Of a DNA stretch of 41,982 nucleotides, positions 1 to 9,389 are shown one piece after another; the stretch's first letter is position 1, and every line of letters begins with the position of its first letter. Source of the DNA: a virus (taxonomy: Duplodnaviria > Caudoviricetes); IMG/VR virus record IMGVR_UViG_3300017987_001512, positions 1 to 41,982 of that record. One strand, 5' to 3'. Below the pieces are notes generated by a model that was given only the letters and a program-made list of their open reading frames with translations, was not told the DNA's origin and did no database searches. The position numbers were made by a program, and so were the translations under genes.

Positions 1-33
1 AAGAGTTCCACAAAAGAAAAAGATAAATTATTT

Positions 34-1971
34 TTGACCAAATCTGTAAAGAGAGAAGACTACGAAAATGATGGTAAAGAGTCTCAAGATAAAGAGACTA
101 AAGAATACGTTAGAGAACGTGAAGAAGAGATTGCAGAGATGAGGGGAATACGTGATCAAAAATATGAATTCTTTGGTCTTAACGATTACGGCGAATCACT
201 TACTCTCGAGAATTATATTGCAGAAAGTGAAAGACGTATCAACTCTGTCACATATCGTGATGAGTACAAAGATGACTGGCAAGCAAACGTATTTGATCCA
301 GTTACAAGAAACAAGCTTATGGCTATTCTAGCCAGGCTAGCAGCTCAGCGAATGAAAGCTGAGTTTTTTAATCAGATGGGAATTTCAAGTACGACTGCTA
401 GGATTATTACAAATATATATGAAGCTTCTGCAAGAGGTAAGAATGGTAAAGGAAAAGATGAGAAGTTATTATTTGATTCGATGTTTGAAGCAGTTGTTAA
501 AGGTACAGTAGTTAGAGAAACATTTTGGTACGAAGGAAGGAGACAGATCAAAACAACTAAGAATAAGAATTGGAAGAAAGGAGATGCAAGAAATACTCGG
601 TGGAACTATAAAACAATTTACGAATGGGAAGATGTCTTCGATAGAATCATTCCTCTCGAATGTTTTATCCCTGGAGATATTACAAAACATAATATTCAAG
701 AGATGGGCAGATGTGCTACACAACAAGCTTATGATCTTGAAACTTTTAAAATAGATTTCGGTGACTTTGATAATATTAATTTAGTAAAGCCAATCGCTGA
801 CATGAGTAAGGAAGATGCTAAGACTTTTGGCTTAGATAAGTTTACTGATAACGAAGTCAGAGTTACTAGATATTGGAATAGGAATACAGATACTTACGAT
901 GTCATTGCTAATGGCATTCTTCTTACTGAGATTGAGAATCCTCTTCCATATAAACATAAACAGATTCCATTACAGGCATCAAGATTTGAATACATTAGTC
1001 TTCAGTTCTTCTATGGAATGAGCCTCCCATTCAAACTTGCTTCATTCCAAGACATGAGTAATACGATGTGGGATCTTATGCTTGATCAAATGTTCATTGC
1101 TCTGAAGTCTCCAATCTTCAATGCTACTAATAATGATTTCGAATTAGATTGGTTCTATCCTTCAGCAGTCATCGATCTTGATCCAGGTACAGATCTTAAT
1201 GCTATTAGAGAATTCCAAATCTCTACTCAATCGAATCAAGTTATTGGTATAATGAATACGATGAAGCAGGCAATGAATGAATCTACAAATCAAGGAACAG
1301 AACAAGCAGGAGCAGCTGGAGTCGGAAGAGTTAGAACAGCAGAAGAAGTTGCAACTGCTAGAGAAGCTTCACTTGAAGTTATGGGATTATTCTTAAGGCA
1401 GATGGAATGGTTTGAAGAAGATAGAGCAGAACAGAAGATTCAACTTATGCTTGAGTTTTATACTAAGAGACAGAGATCAACAGGTAAACATCGAAAGGTA
1501 GTTGTAGATCAGATTCAATTATTGAACGATGAACTTGGTACAATGGAAATTAATATTAGACCGAACCCAAGAAGTAAAGAAGTTCTTGATCAATTGAATG
1601 AAGCTTCAGATAATCTTACTCAGGTATTAGATATTACGCCAACTGAAATAAGAAACTTTAAAGGGTGGATGAGAATTATTCCTAACTCATCATTGAAAGA
1701 AACTAAACAGCAAGAGAAAGAAAATGAAATAGCATGGAACAAATTAACATCTGAAAATCCATTAGTCAATCAAGAAGAGAACTTGAAAGATCTTGCTAGA
1801 GTATATGGAAAGAACTTAGAAAAGATAATGAAGAAAGGAGATTCTAACATGGGAATGATTGAACAGTTGATGCAACGTCAAGGTAGTCCAAATAACTTAG
1901 ATAATAATAATCTCAAGCGGGCAGTGAGTCAAGCAGACCAACTCCCAAAGAGAGGACAAAACGATGTATAA
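34..1971 (+). CDS. Portal protein (P22-like)
   Basis: 645 aa, first gene of the head module. Motifs ENPLPYKHKQIP, FFYGMSLP, RTAEEV and a Q/N-rich C-tail are typical of P22-type portals. TTG start is uncertain. Confidence 0.85.
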   Translation: MTKSVKREDYENDGKESQDKETKEYVREREEEIAEMRGIRDQKYEFFGLNDYGESLTLENYIAESERRINSVTYRDEYKDDWQANVFDPVTRNKLMAILARLAAQRMKAEFFNQMGISSTTARIITNIYEASARGKNGKGKDEKLLFDSMFEAVVKGTVVRETFWYEGRRQIKTTKNKNWKKGDARNTRWNYKTIYEWEDVFDRIIPLECFIPGDITKHNIQEMGRCATQQAYDLETFKIDFGDFDNINLVKPIADMSKEDAKTFGLDKFTDNEVRVTRYWNRNTDTYDVIANGILLTEIENPLPYKHKQIPLQASRFEYISLQFFYGMSLPFKLASFQDMSNTMWDLMLDQMFIALKSPIFNATNNDFELDWFYPSAVIDLDPGTDLNAIREFQISTQSNQVIGIMNTMKQAMNESTNQGTEQAGAAGVGRVRTAEEVATAREASLEVMGLFLRQMEWFEEDRAEQKIQLMLEFYTKRQRSTGKHRKVVVDQIQLLNDELGTMEINIRPNPRSKEVLDQLNEASDNLTQVLDITPTEIRNFKGWMRIIPNSSLKETKQQEKENEIAWNKLTSENPLVNQEENLKDLARVYGKNLEKIMKKGDSNMGMIEQLMQRQGSPNNLDNNNLKRAVSQADQLPKRGQNDV

Positions 1972-2410
1972 AAAGATCATGCGACCAATAAGATCTTTAT
2001 TAATTAAAATTTTATTTAAGCTTTTGCAAGTACCAGATACTATAAGTGGCTTAGCTATTTATGAAGACTTACAAAGGTTCGAAGATTCTAAGGAAGCAGC
2101 ACATTTAACAAAAGGAATGCAATATGCACATGGCATTGCTTTAGCTAGAAACTTCTTAGATGATGAGTATAAGAATTACTTATACTATCTTCTAATGAAA
2201 GTTCAAAGAGATAACATCTCAACGATTGAACCATTTAAGAGAGATGCTCAAACAGCGACAGCTTTATTTATTCTAAAGCATATTGATGATATGAGAAAAG
2301 CTTCTGAGAAGATTCATTCAAAGAAGGGACCGAATTCTAGAAAGATGATTAAGGAAGTACTGAAAAGAAAACACGTTCAACAACAAGGGAGAAAGATTAA
2401 TATAAATTAA
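1964..2410 (+). CDS. Hypothetical protein (between portal and scaffold)
   Basis: 148 aa ORF overlapping the portal stop; mostly helical. Confidence 0.7.
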   Translation: MYKKIMRPIRSLLIKILFKLLQVPDTISGLAIYEDLQRFEDSKEAAHLTKGMQYAHGIALARNFLDDEYKNYLYYLLMKVQRDNISTIEPFKRDAQTATALFILKHIDDMRKASEKIHSKKGPNSRKMIKEVLKRKHVQQQGRKININ

Positions 2411-2412
2411 TT

Positions 2413-2456
2413 GATATCAGTACTATGTCAGAATTTAATCTGAGATTACTGATATC
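2413..2456. repeat. Intergenic stem-loop
   Basis: GATATCAGTA (2413-2422) / TACTGATATC (2447-2456) with inner TCAGA/TCTGA. Confidence 0.75.
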
Positions 2457-2471
2457 GGAAAGACCAAATTT

Positions 2472-3230
2472 ATGCCATTTCCAAAAGGCAAAAAGATCGA
2501 GGTAAATCCTCAAGAAGACGTCAAAGACGACGACGTAAAAGAAGAGTCAGAACAACTTAAGAAAACTAAAAGATCGAAAGACGATGTTAAAAAGATCTTT
2601 AAAGAAAGTTATCTTAAGAAAAATGGGATTGATCCCAAAGATCCAAAAGTGATTGAGTCTGGCATTGTTGACAAGCTCGATTCTTTATTGGATGATCTTA
2701 CGGACAGGGAGTTAGCTAACTCTCGTAACATGTCTAAAGTAATCGGTCAGAAGATAAAGTTTAGAGAACAAGTACAAGGCAAAAAGACTCAGGTGCAAAA
2801 TGAAGAAGACGAGGAAGATGAAGATGATGGAGACATCAACGACATTCAATCGTTTAGAGACAATGAAAGGAAAAAAGCTATTAACAAGTTTTTACCTAGA
2901 GTTGTTAAAGAATTCAAAGATGAAGGCTTAACTGTCGAAGGTGTTTACAAGAAGCTAGATAAGTTCTATGCTGAAGAAAAGACCGATACTCGACGTGAAG
3001 ACTTTATGGAGAATTTGGAGAATGCTTTCAGAGCAGCTTATCCTGATCTTGCTGAAGAACGTAAAAAGCGTAAAGAAGCAGAAGAGGATAATGAAGAAGT
3101 TCATGCACCAATCATTGGTGGAGGGGGTCACCAGAAAAAGAAAAAACAAAAAGTCGATAGATCAGATCTATCCAAGAGAGGTTCTAGAAAAATCAAAAAC
3201 TTGGGAGACTGGTTTAAAGGCAAAGATTAA
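2472..3230 (+). CDS. Putative capsid scaffolding protein
   Basis: Highly charged, helical 252 aa protein between portal and capsid genes. Confidence 0.65.
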   Translation: MPFPKGKKIEVNPQEDVKDDDVKEESEQLKKTKRSKDDVKKIFKESYLKKNGIDPKDPKVIESGIVDKLDSLLDDLTDRELANSRNMSKVIGQKIKFREQVQGKKTQVQNEEDEEDEDDGDINDIQSFRDNERKKAINKFLPRVVKEFKDEGLTVEGVYKKLDKFYAEEKTDTRREDFMENLENAFRAAYPDLAEERKKRKEAEEDNEEVHAPIIGGGGHQKKKKQKVDRSDLSKRGSRKIKNLGDWFKGKD

Positions 3231-3254
3231 TTCATTCATTTAAAGTAATCTAGT

Positions 3255-3656
3255 ATGTTTGATCCAAAACAATTTGATGAAGGACAAATCGTTAGATTAG
3301 CAGCAGCAAATGCTCAAACTTTTGTTAAAGGTGATCGTGCCAAACATAGTTCAGGGTATATGGTTGTTGGTGCTACAGGCGACGACGAATGTTACTACAT
3401 TGCAATGGATGACGTAGTTACAACTGCTGATGGTCAGATGGTTGAATTTCTACGGATTCCTAAAGTAGTTGTATTCGAAGCTCTTACTAGTGCTACTCCA
3501 GTTCTTGCTACTCATGTTGGTAATGTCTATGACCTTACTGGTAAAGTAACTGTGAACTTGGCTGCTACTACTGATAAAGTTTTCTACATTGAAAAAATTA
3601 TCGACGCAACTAATAAGATTGTCCAAGGGTTCTTCTTGAATCCAGCGCTTGCTTAA
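3255..3656 (+). CDS. Putative capsid decoration/cement protein
   Basis: 133 aa, A/T/V/G-rich beta-type protein (FVKGD, VGNVYDL) directly upstream of the MCP. Confidence 0.65.
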   Translation: MFDPKQFDEGQIVRLAAANAQTFVKGDRAKHSSGYMVVGATGDDECYYIAMDDVVTTADGQMVEFLRIPKVVVFEALTSATPVLATHVGNVYDLTGKVTVNLAATTDKVFYIEKIIDATNKIVQGFFLNPALA

Positions 3657-3703
3657 TTGTTAGTGCAAATAAATTTTAATAAATCTTTTAATAGTCTCAT
3701 TAT

Positions 3704-4681
3704 ATGATTCGAAGACAAGACTTTGAGAAATTGAATGATGAACTTCAAGAGACATATATGGAGAGTTCAGAGAATGCCATCACCGAGATGGTAGGACCTA
3801 AATTCTTCGAAGCGAAGGAAACTTCTCTCTATGATTATCTTCATCAAGTTCTCCATGGTGTCAGCGGTATCAAACGTATTGCTGACGGTGAGAATTTCCC
3901 AAGAGTCAAAGGTAAACAAGGTGACAACGTAACCTGGACACAGAGACACTACGGTGCCGATGTTCCTATTACCAAGGACATGAGGAAATTCGATCGTTAC
4001 GACGAAGCCAACGAATTAGTGGAAACTATCGTTGACGAAGCTTGGAACGATATTGATCAATCTCTAGCAGATGTATTGCTTAAAGGTTGGTCAACTAGTT
4101 ACACAGATGTTTGGGGTGATGCTGTTTCAGCAGTAGGCCCAGATGGTCTAGCATTATTTAGTACTGCTCATACTAATAACGTAACTAGCAGAACATTTAG
4201 TAATGTCATCTCAGATGGCACAAACAATAATCCTACATTGAGCAGGGAAGCTATTGTTTATCAAATTAAACAAGGACGAATCAACAAGGATGTTCATGGT
4301 AAGAATCGTTCTATTAAATATGATTTGCTAATTGTTCCTCCATCTCTAGAAGATCTAGCTTATAGGATTGTAGAATCTGATAAGCTTCAAGGATCTCAAG
4401 ATAACGATACTAATAACTGGTTGAGAAAACGAGTTAAGATTATCGTTTGGGATAGACTTGAATCTGCTGCAGACGGTACTGATACTTCAGCTTACTGGTT
4501 CATGGCTGATTCAAGAAAAATCATGAAAGTGTTAAAGATGTTGTTCTCTGAAAGACCAACTCTTGACGCTCCAGACATTCTTTATACAAACAAAGAATGG
4601 GATTGGACAATTGATTTTTACTACACACTTGGATTCGGCTATCCTATCGGACTAGTAGGTTCAAATGGTTCTGCAACCTAA
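3704..4681 (+). CDS. Major capsid protein (HK97 fold, Mu gpT-like family)
   Basis: 325 aa with motifs IADGENFP, ITKDMRKFDRY, GPDGLALFSTAH, LLIVPPSLE, DTNNW and AYWFMAD, which match gpT-like MCPs. Confidence 0.9.
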   Translation: MIRRQDFEKLNDELQETYMESSENAITEMVGPKFFEAKETSLYDYLHQVLHGVSGIKRIADGENFPRVKGKQGDNVTWTQRHYGADVPITKDMRKFDRYDEANELVETIVDEAWNDIDQSLADVLLKGWSTSYTDVWGDAVSAVGPDGLALFSTAHTNNVTSRTFSNVISDGTNNNPTLSREAIVYQIKQGRINKDVHGKNRSIKYDLLIVPPSLEDLAYRIVESDKLQGSQDNDTNNWLRKRVKIIVWDRLESAADGTDTSAYWFMADSRKIMKVLKMLFSERPTLDAPDILYTNKEWDWTIDFYYTLGFGYPIGLVGSNGSAT

Positions 4682-4687
4682 ATCATA

Positions 4688-4725
4688 GAGAGGGGAGGGA
4701 GAAGTTCTTCTCCTCTCAATTTTAA
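4688..4725 (+). terminator. Probable terminator/processing hairpin after MCP
   Basis: GAGAGGGGAGGGA-gaag-TTCTTCTCCTCTC, with G.U pairs on the + strand, followed by AATTTT. Confidence 0.65.
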
Positions 4726-4748
4726 TTAATAACTCTAACGACATTCAT

Positions 4749-5312
4749 ATGGCAAAAGTAGATTGGGCACATCTTCTTCAGCAAGACCGATGCAAAGCAT
4801 TGGGTGTACCTTGGTCTGAAGAAGAGTTAAATGCTCTACACGTCGAGGGAGTTCCTGCAAGTTACGTCCGAGCTGGTATTCTTACAAAGAAAGCTTACGA
4901 AAAGAATATCAAACGCGAGGAAGTCGAAGGCAAAGAACTTGCAGTGATGACCCTTCCTGAGCTTCAAGAAGAAGCCAATGAGTTAGGTATTAAGTTCGGT
5001 GGTATTACACCACGAGAAACTTTGATCGACCTCATTAAAAAAGCACGTCTGTTGAAAGAAGCAGGCATTGACGAAGAAGAGGAAGAAGAGGAAGAGGAAG
5101 AAGAGGAAGAGGAAGAAGAGGAAGAAGAAATCGAAGAAGAGGAAGAAGATGAAGAAGAGGAAGAAGACGATGACGAAGAAGAAAAACAAAAAGAAGCTGA
5201 AGCTAAAAAAGAAGCAGCAGCTGAAAAAAAGAAAAAAGCAGCAGCCAAAAAGAAAGCTGCTAATAAAACAAAAGCAAAAGGTGGAAGAAAAAGAAATAGA
5301 AACAAAAAATAA
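4749..5312 (+). CDS. Hypothetical protein with HeH/Rho-N-like motif, poly-Glu tract and Lys/Ala tail
   Basis: MTLPELQEEANELGI...PRETLIDLI resembles a helix-extension-helix motif, followed by a long E/D run and a KKAA-rich end. Confidence 0.7.
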   Translation: MAKVDWAHLLQQDRCKALGVPWSEEELNALHVEGVPASYVRAGILTKKAYEKNIKREEVEGKELAVMTLPELQEEANELGIKFGGITPRETLIDLIKKARLLKEAGIDEEEEEEEEEEEEEEEEEEEIEEEEEDEEEEEDDDEEEKQKEAEAKKEAAAEKKKKAAAKKKAANKTKAKGGRKRNRNKK

Positions 5313-5332
5313 TTCATTAATCCTTTAAGTTT

Positions 5333-6007
5333 ATGAAAGCACTACAAGACAATTTGAGTCTTATCATCGTTGGGTTAATAATTGTTTTAGCTGTCTATCT
5401 TTTTCCAACTCCGAACATCGATGTAGATGTTAATGTTGAAGCTCCTCCTGCTCCTACTACTCAGATGTGTCAATCTGATGAAGGGGGTCAAGATTTTACT
5501 GGTGGTGGTACTTCAAATTATACTTCTACTAACAATGCTTTTACAGGTGCAGTAAGCATGGCCTCAACTTTATCAGTAACTGGTGCTACTACTCTAAGTG
5601 GCGAAGTTACTATGAAGGAAGGGTCACAAGTCTTAGCTCCTACTAATATTTATTCTACGACTACACTTACAGCTGCATTGAGTGGTACTACTTACTACCT
5701 CTCAGCGAGTGGTACAACTATCACTCTACCAGCAGTTGCAGAAGGTCTTAACTTTAGATTTGCAATCAATGGTGCTGCAGATTCAGGTAACTTTATCATT
5801 GACTCATCTGAAGGGGATAATATTAATGGAACTCTTTCTGTTAACAATGCTGATGTAGCATGTTCAGGCGAAGACCAAATCAATTTTGTAACTGATGGTG
5901 AAACCATTGGTGATTATGTTGAACTTCGCTCAGATGGTACTCAGTGGCTAATTGGAGACAGTGGAACAGAGACTGCTGCAAAGATGACATGTACAGATCC
6001 ATCGTAA
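5333..6007 (+). CDS. Membrane-anchored putative virion protein
   Basis: N-terminal TM (LSLIIVGLIIVLAVYLF), Pro-rich linker, then a T/S/G-rich beta domain (TITLPAVAEGLNFRF...GDYVELRSDGTQWLI) seen in phage head/tail accessory proteins. Confidence 0.75.
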   Translation: MKALQDNLSLIIVGLIIVLAVYLFPTPNIDVDVNVEAPPAPTTQMCQSDEGGQDFTGGGTSNYTSTNNAFTGAVSMASTLSVTGATTLSGEVTMKEGSQVLAPTNIYSTTTLTAALSGTTYYLSASGTTITLPAVAEGLNFRFAINGAADSGNFIIDSSEGDNINGTLSVNNADVACSGEDQINFVTDGETIGDYVELRSDGTQWLIGDSGTETAAKMTCTDPS

Positions 6008-6011
6008 CACG

Positions 6012-6130
6012 ATGATATACTCTGCCCATTATTAATTTAGTGGGCAGGCCTATATCATTAGAGATGGATTCCTACTGACTTCATTGGTCGGGCAGAGGCT
6101 TGCCCTCTGTCGAAGCCAGTAGGAATCTAT
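6012..6130 (+). repeat. Two tandem intergenic stem-loops
   Basis: ATGATATA..CTGCCCATT/AGTGGGCAG..TATATCAT (6012-6058) and ATGGATTCCTACTGACTTC/GAAGCCAGTAGGAATCTAT (6064-6130) with inner GGGCA/TGCCC. Confidence 0.8.
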
Positions 6131-6153
6131 TACTAATTAACAATAATACTAGT

Positions 6154-6585
6154 ATGAAGAAATTTAACATCTTTCTGGTAATAGTATTGGCAATAGTAAT
6201 CTGTGCTCTTGCTTATATGAATTTCATGCCAGAAAAACAAGCAGACCAAGATAACCCATTCGATATCTTTGGGATTGCTTTTACAAATCCAACGAATGGA
6301 GCTACAACTACAACTGCATCAAGTCTACCAGTAAAGGTCTTAGATAATAATGCAGATCGTAAGTTTGCTTCAATCCAAAACGATAGTGATACAGATATCT
6401 ATTTACACTTCGGTTATTTCGCAAATGCATCTGCTGCTTCAACTACAGTAGGAGTTAATCAAGGCTTTCGTCTTCTACCGAATGCTGCAAATGAATTTAT
6501 AATTAATGATGAACAGATGTATACTGGCCAAGTTTGGGCTTCAAGCACTGCTGGCAGTAAGAACATTGTCACCATCGAAAAATAA
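6154..6585 (+). CDS. Membrane-anchored putative virion protein
   Basis: ATG at 6154 gives MKKFNIFLVIVLAIVICALAY (signal/TM), then DIFG and a small beta domain (NADRKFASIQNDSDTDIYLHFG...GFRL) common in phage structural modules. Confidence 0.75.
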   Translation: MKKFNIFLVIVLAIVICALAYMNFMPEKQADQDNPFDIFGIAFTNPTNGATTTTASSLPVKVLDNNADRKFASIQNDSDTDIYLHFGYFANASAASTTVGVNQGFRLLPNAANEFIINDEQMYTGQVWASSTAGSKNIVTIEK

Positions 6586-6589
6586 TTCT

Positions 6590-6892
6590 ATGACGTTTCA
6601 AACTCCTAACACAATAGATTCTGCTGCATTTAATGTTACGAATGGTCAATCAGACTACGACGTCAGAACAAACGTTGCTGCAGCATTTAGTAATGTTAAA
6701 GTCTATAAGAGACTCGAACTAAGAGTAGACGGAGATATTACTCTAAAGCTTAATAAAACTACTAATCCAGGAATAGCAATAGGAAAACTAGATAGTCCTT
6801 ATGTAATACCATTTGACATGGATGTTACAGACTTATATATTTCTAATGCTTCTGGAGCAACTGTTGCTGTTAAACTCTTTGGAACAGCATAA
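6590..6892 (+). CDS. Small putative structural protein
   Basis: Likely start ATG 6590 (MTFQTP...); 100 aa beta-rich (VTDLYISNASGATVAVKLFG). Confidence 0.7.
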   Translation: MTFQTPNTIDSAAFNVTNGQSDYDVRTNVAAAFSNVKVYKRLELRVDGDITLKLNKTTNPGIAIGKLDSPYVIPFDMDVTDLYISNASGATVAVKLFGTA

Positions 6893-6900
6893 GAAAATAT

Positions 6901-7461
6901 ATGACCGACCAAAAAATTACGTCAGCGAAAGCTAGACTATTAAAACTTAAAACTGATATAGCAAAGCATGAAGATATCGAAGAAGGTATTGATGCTTCAA
7001 TCAGTGATAAGAATTTAAAGATCAAAAGGAAAAGAAAGTTTATCAAGACTCTCGATCAGAAGGTTATTAAAGTACAAGAGAAGATTAATACTTTGAAAGA
7101 GAAGTATGATAATCTAAAGATCAAGTTTGAAGAGATGAAAGAATCTTACGACGATCTTAAAGAAAAAGTTTCAAATATTAAAATAAAAAGAAAAGCTCTT
7201 ACTGACGATGTAACTTCTTTAAAGGAAGAGAAAGAAGAATTAGAAAAGTCTTCTAAGAAAAAAATTAAAGCATTAGAAGTTCGTGAAGATGAAGTTGAGG
7301 CAAGAGAAGATCTTGTTTCAGACAGAGAAGCTAAGTGTAAAGAGCGAGAAGAGAAATTAGAAGACCGTGAAGAGGGGCAAGATATCAGAGATGTGGAACT
7401 AGACAAAAGAGAGAAGAAAGTTAAAGTCAAAGAGAAAATTAATAAACTAAAGAAAAAATAA
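6901..7461 (+). CDS. Coiled-coil protein
   Basis: K/E-rich heptads and repeated xxREE/xxRED units. Confidence 0.75.
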   Translation: MTDQKITSAKARLLKLKTDIAKHEDIEEGIDASISDKNLKIKRKRKFIKTLDQKVIKVQEKINTLKEKYDNLKIKFEEMKESYDDLKEKVSNIKIKRKALTDDVTSLKEEKEELEKSSKKKIKALEVREDEVEAREDLVSDREAKCKEREEKLEDREEGQDIRDVELDKREKKVKVKEKINKLKKK

Positions 7462-7462
7462 T

Positions 7463-7744
7463 ATGGGGGCATCAAACTCACATGTTAAGGTTGTAGACAA
7501 ATCTGGCAACGATGTAGCATTTTCTCCAGTTGAAGGTTTTAGAGTTATTCGTACAGAGATTACAACAGCAGGACCAAATTATTATCTATACGTAGATGTA
7601 GAGGGTAATTGGTATATTATGAAAGAAACGATTACTAGTAATGTTAGAGTTTATACATTTTATTACGAAGACGCAAGTGACCTCGATGATGCATGGACAG
7701 ATAGAGCAACTCATTCATATGTAGAATTTAACGCTGCATTTTAA
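7463..7744 (+). CDS. Small putative structural protein
   Basis: 93 aa; YYLYVDVEGNWYIMKE...DAWTDRATHSY pattern recurs in phage tail-accessory modules. Confidence 0.7.
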   Translation: MGASNSHVKVVDKSGNDVAFSPVEGFRVIRTEITTAGPNYYLYVDVEGNWYIMKETITSNVRVYTFYYEDASDLDDAWTDRATHSYVEFNAAF

Positions 7745-7754
7745 ATACAATCTT

Positions 7755-9386
7755 ATGATGAATAAAATTATAAATACGTTTATAGTTATTCTAGTAATGA
7801 TGACCTTCTTATTTGTTATTACTGATTTCTATTTATCGTATTCAAAAGATAAAACGCCAGACGACATCTTTGGTGATTGGACAATGAATCCTTTTACTAA
7901 TCAACTCGATTATTATGAAACAGCATCTTCTACTTCAACGACTCTCGATGAATTAGATAATGTAACAATTACTGCTGCAGCTTATGGAGATATGATTATG
8001 TGGAACGGCTCTGCTTGGATCGATCGAGCAACTAGTACTCTCGGTCTTGGTGGAGGTGGTTCTGGTACAGTTACTTCTGTAGATCTTATTGCTTCTTCAT
8101 CGTTCTATACATATGGAGGACCAGTAACTTCTTCTGGTGTACTTGGTCTCGGTATAGCAAGTGGCTATACAGTTCCACTAACTGCTTCTACTTCTGAATG
8201 GGCTACTGCTTACGGTTGGGGAGATCACTCTCTGGCAGGATATATTACATCACCAGACGATTCAGTAAGTTCTGCTGAATTTGATAATCTTTGTTCAACT
8301 AACGATAGAGTAGTTCGTAGAGTTGGTGGTACTTGGTCTTGCTTCGACGATTCAGTATATTACGACGATACAGATACCCAATTATCAACAGAACAAGTTA
8401 CAGATATGGTAGGAGCAATGGTCACAGGGAATACAGAAACAAATATAACAGTTACATTTCAAGACGGAGATGAGACAATTGACTTTGTCGTAACTGATGC
8501 ATGGTGGGATGATGTTGCAGATATCACAGATGATACATTGACTGAAGCGAAGTTAGATTTTTCAAATTCTCCAACAACAAATTATGTTGTATCATGGAAT
8601 GGCTCTGCACTAACTTGGATTGCTACTTCAACTTGGGATACTGACACAGATACTACTTGCGATGGAAGTTCTTGTAATGTAACAAATACTGGTACACTCG
8701 ATGGTTATGAAGCTGCTGCTTTACTTGATGATACAAATCTTACACAAGAAGAAGTCGAAGATTACGTTGGTGGTATGACTAGTGGTACTGAAACAAATAT
8801 TACTGTTTCTTACAATGATGGAACTGGTAATCTTGATTATGTAGTTACAGATGCATGGTGGGACGCTGATGGAGATATTGCAGCAGACGAGATTTCTGAA
8901 AGCAAGATTAATTTTGCTACAGTTTGTGCAGCAGGAAATCATCTATACGTAAACGGTAATGATCTAGCATGCGAAGCAGATGACGATACAACATATACAG
9001 CAGGAGATTATATTACTCTAACTGCAACAGACTTCGATGTAGACGATGAAGCAGTCTCAGATACAAAATGTATTTGGTTTGAAGATCCAACAGCAGACGA
9101 CGATTTTGAAAGTATCTGGGAGAATGATATGGGTAAAGATGCAACGATCTTAGAGATTTCATGTGAATCAGATCAAACAGTTAATTTAGATTTACAAGTA
9201 GACGATGGTTCTCCAGCAGATGTAAATGGTTCTGATCTAGTATGTACATCAGCAGAAGTAAATGATACTTCATTCGCAGGAGATTCTGTCATAAGTGATA
9301 ACGAAGAATTAGATTTAGCAATTACATCAGTCAGTGGAACACCTACATGGGTACAAGTATGCTGGCATATTAAATTTAGTGATTAA
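7755..9386 (+). CDS. Membrane-anchored tail fibre-like protein
   Basis: N-terminal TM, DDIFG, NPFTNQLDY, fibre-type motifs (LDELDNVTIT, GTVTSVDL, WATAYGWGDHSLAGY), an internal repeat and Cys pairs. Confidence 0.75.
   Translation: MMNKIINTFIVILVMMTFLFVITDFYLSYSKDKTPDDIFGDWTMNPFTNQLDYYETASSTSTTLDELDNVTITAAAYGDMIMWNGSAWIDRATSTLGLGGGGSGTVTSVDLIASSSFYTYGGPVTSSGVLGLGIASGYTVPLTASTSEWATAYGWGDHSLAGYITSPDDSVSSAEFDNLCSTNDRVVRRVGGTWSCFDDSVYYDDTDTQLSTEQVTDMVGAMVTGNTETNITVTFQDGDETIDFVVTDAWWDDVADITDDTLTEAKLDFSNSPTTNYVVSWNGSALTWIATSTWDTDTDTTCDGSSCNVTNTGTLDGYEAAALLDDTNLTQEEVEDYVGGMTSGTETNITVSYNDGTGNLDYVVTDAWWDADGDIAADEISESKINFATVCAAGNHLYVNGNDLACEADDDTTYTAGDYITLTATDFDVDDEAVSDTKCIWFEDPTADDDFESIWENDMGKDATILEISCESDQTVNLDLQVDDGSPADVNGSDLVCTSAEVNDTSFAGDSVISDNEELDLAITSVSGTPTWVQVCWHIKFSD
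8373..8915 (+). repeat. Internal duplication of about 62 aa in the fibre gene
   Basis: DTQLSTEQVTDMVGAMVTGNTETNITV...VVTDAWWD...EAKLDF (~8373-8561) versus DTNLTQEEVEDYVGGMTSGTETNITV...VVTDAWWD...ESKINF (~8730-8915). Confidence 0.85.
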
Positions 9387-9389
9387 TAT

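Noticed and set aside
4964-5328. Poly-Ser/Phe and poly-Lys/Arg ORFs in other frames (also 34356-34666 and 37907-38431)
   Set aside because: Shadow frames of GAA/GAG/GAT low-complexity tracts in real genes.
6100-6153. Upstream starts from the ORF track (6100, 6506, 18935, 29737, 30287, 34865, 40012)
   Set aside because: They overlap hairpins or neighbouring genes; downstream ATGs give normal spacing and proper signal peptides.
8373-8915. Diversity-generating retroelement TR/VR pair
   Set aside because: The repeat is an in-frame protein duplication with differences not limited to adenines, and no reverse transcriptase is present.
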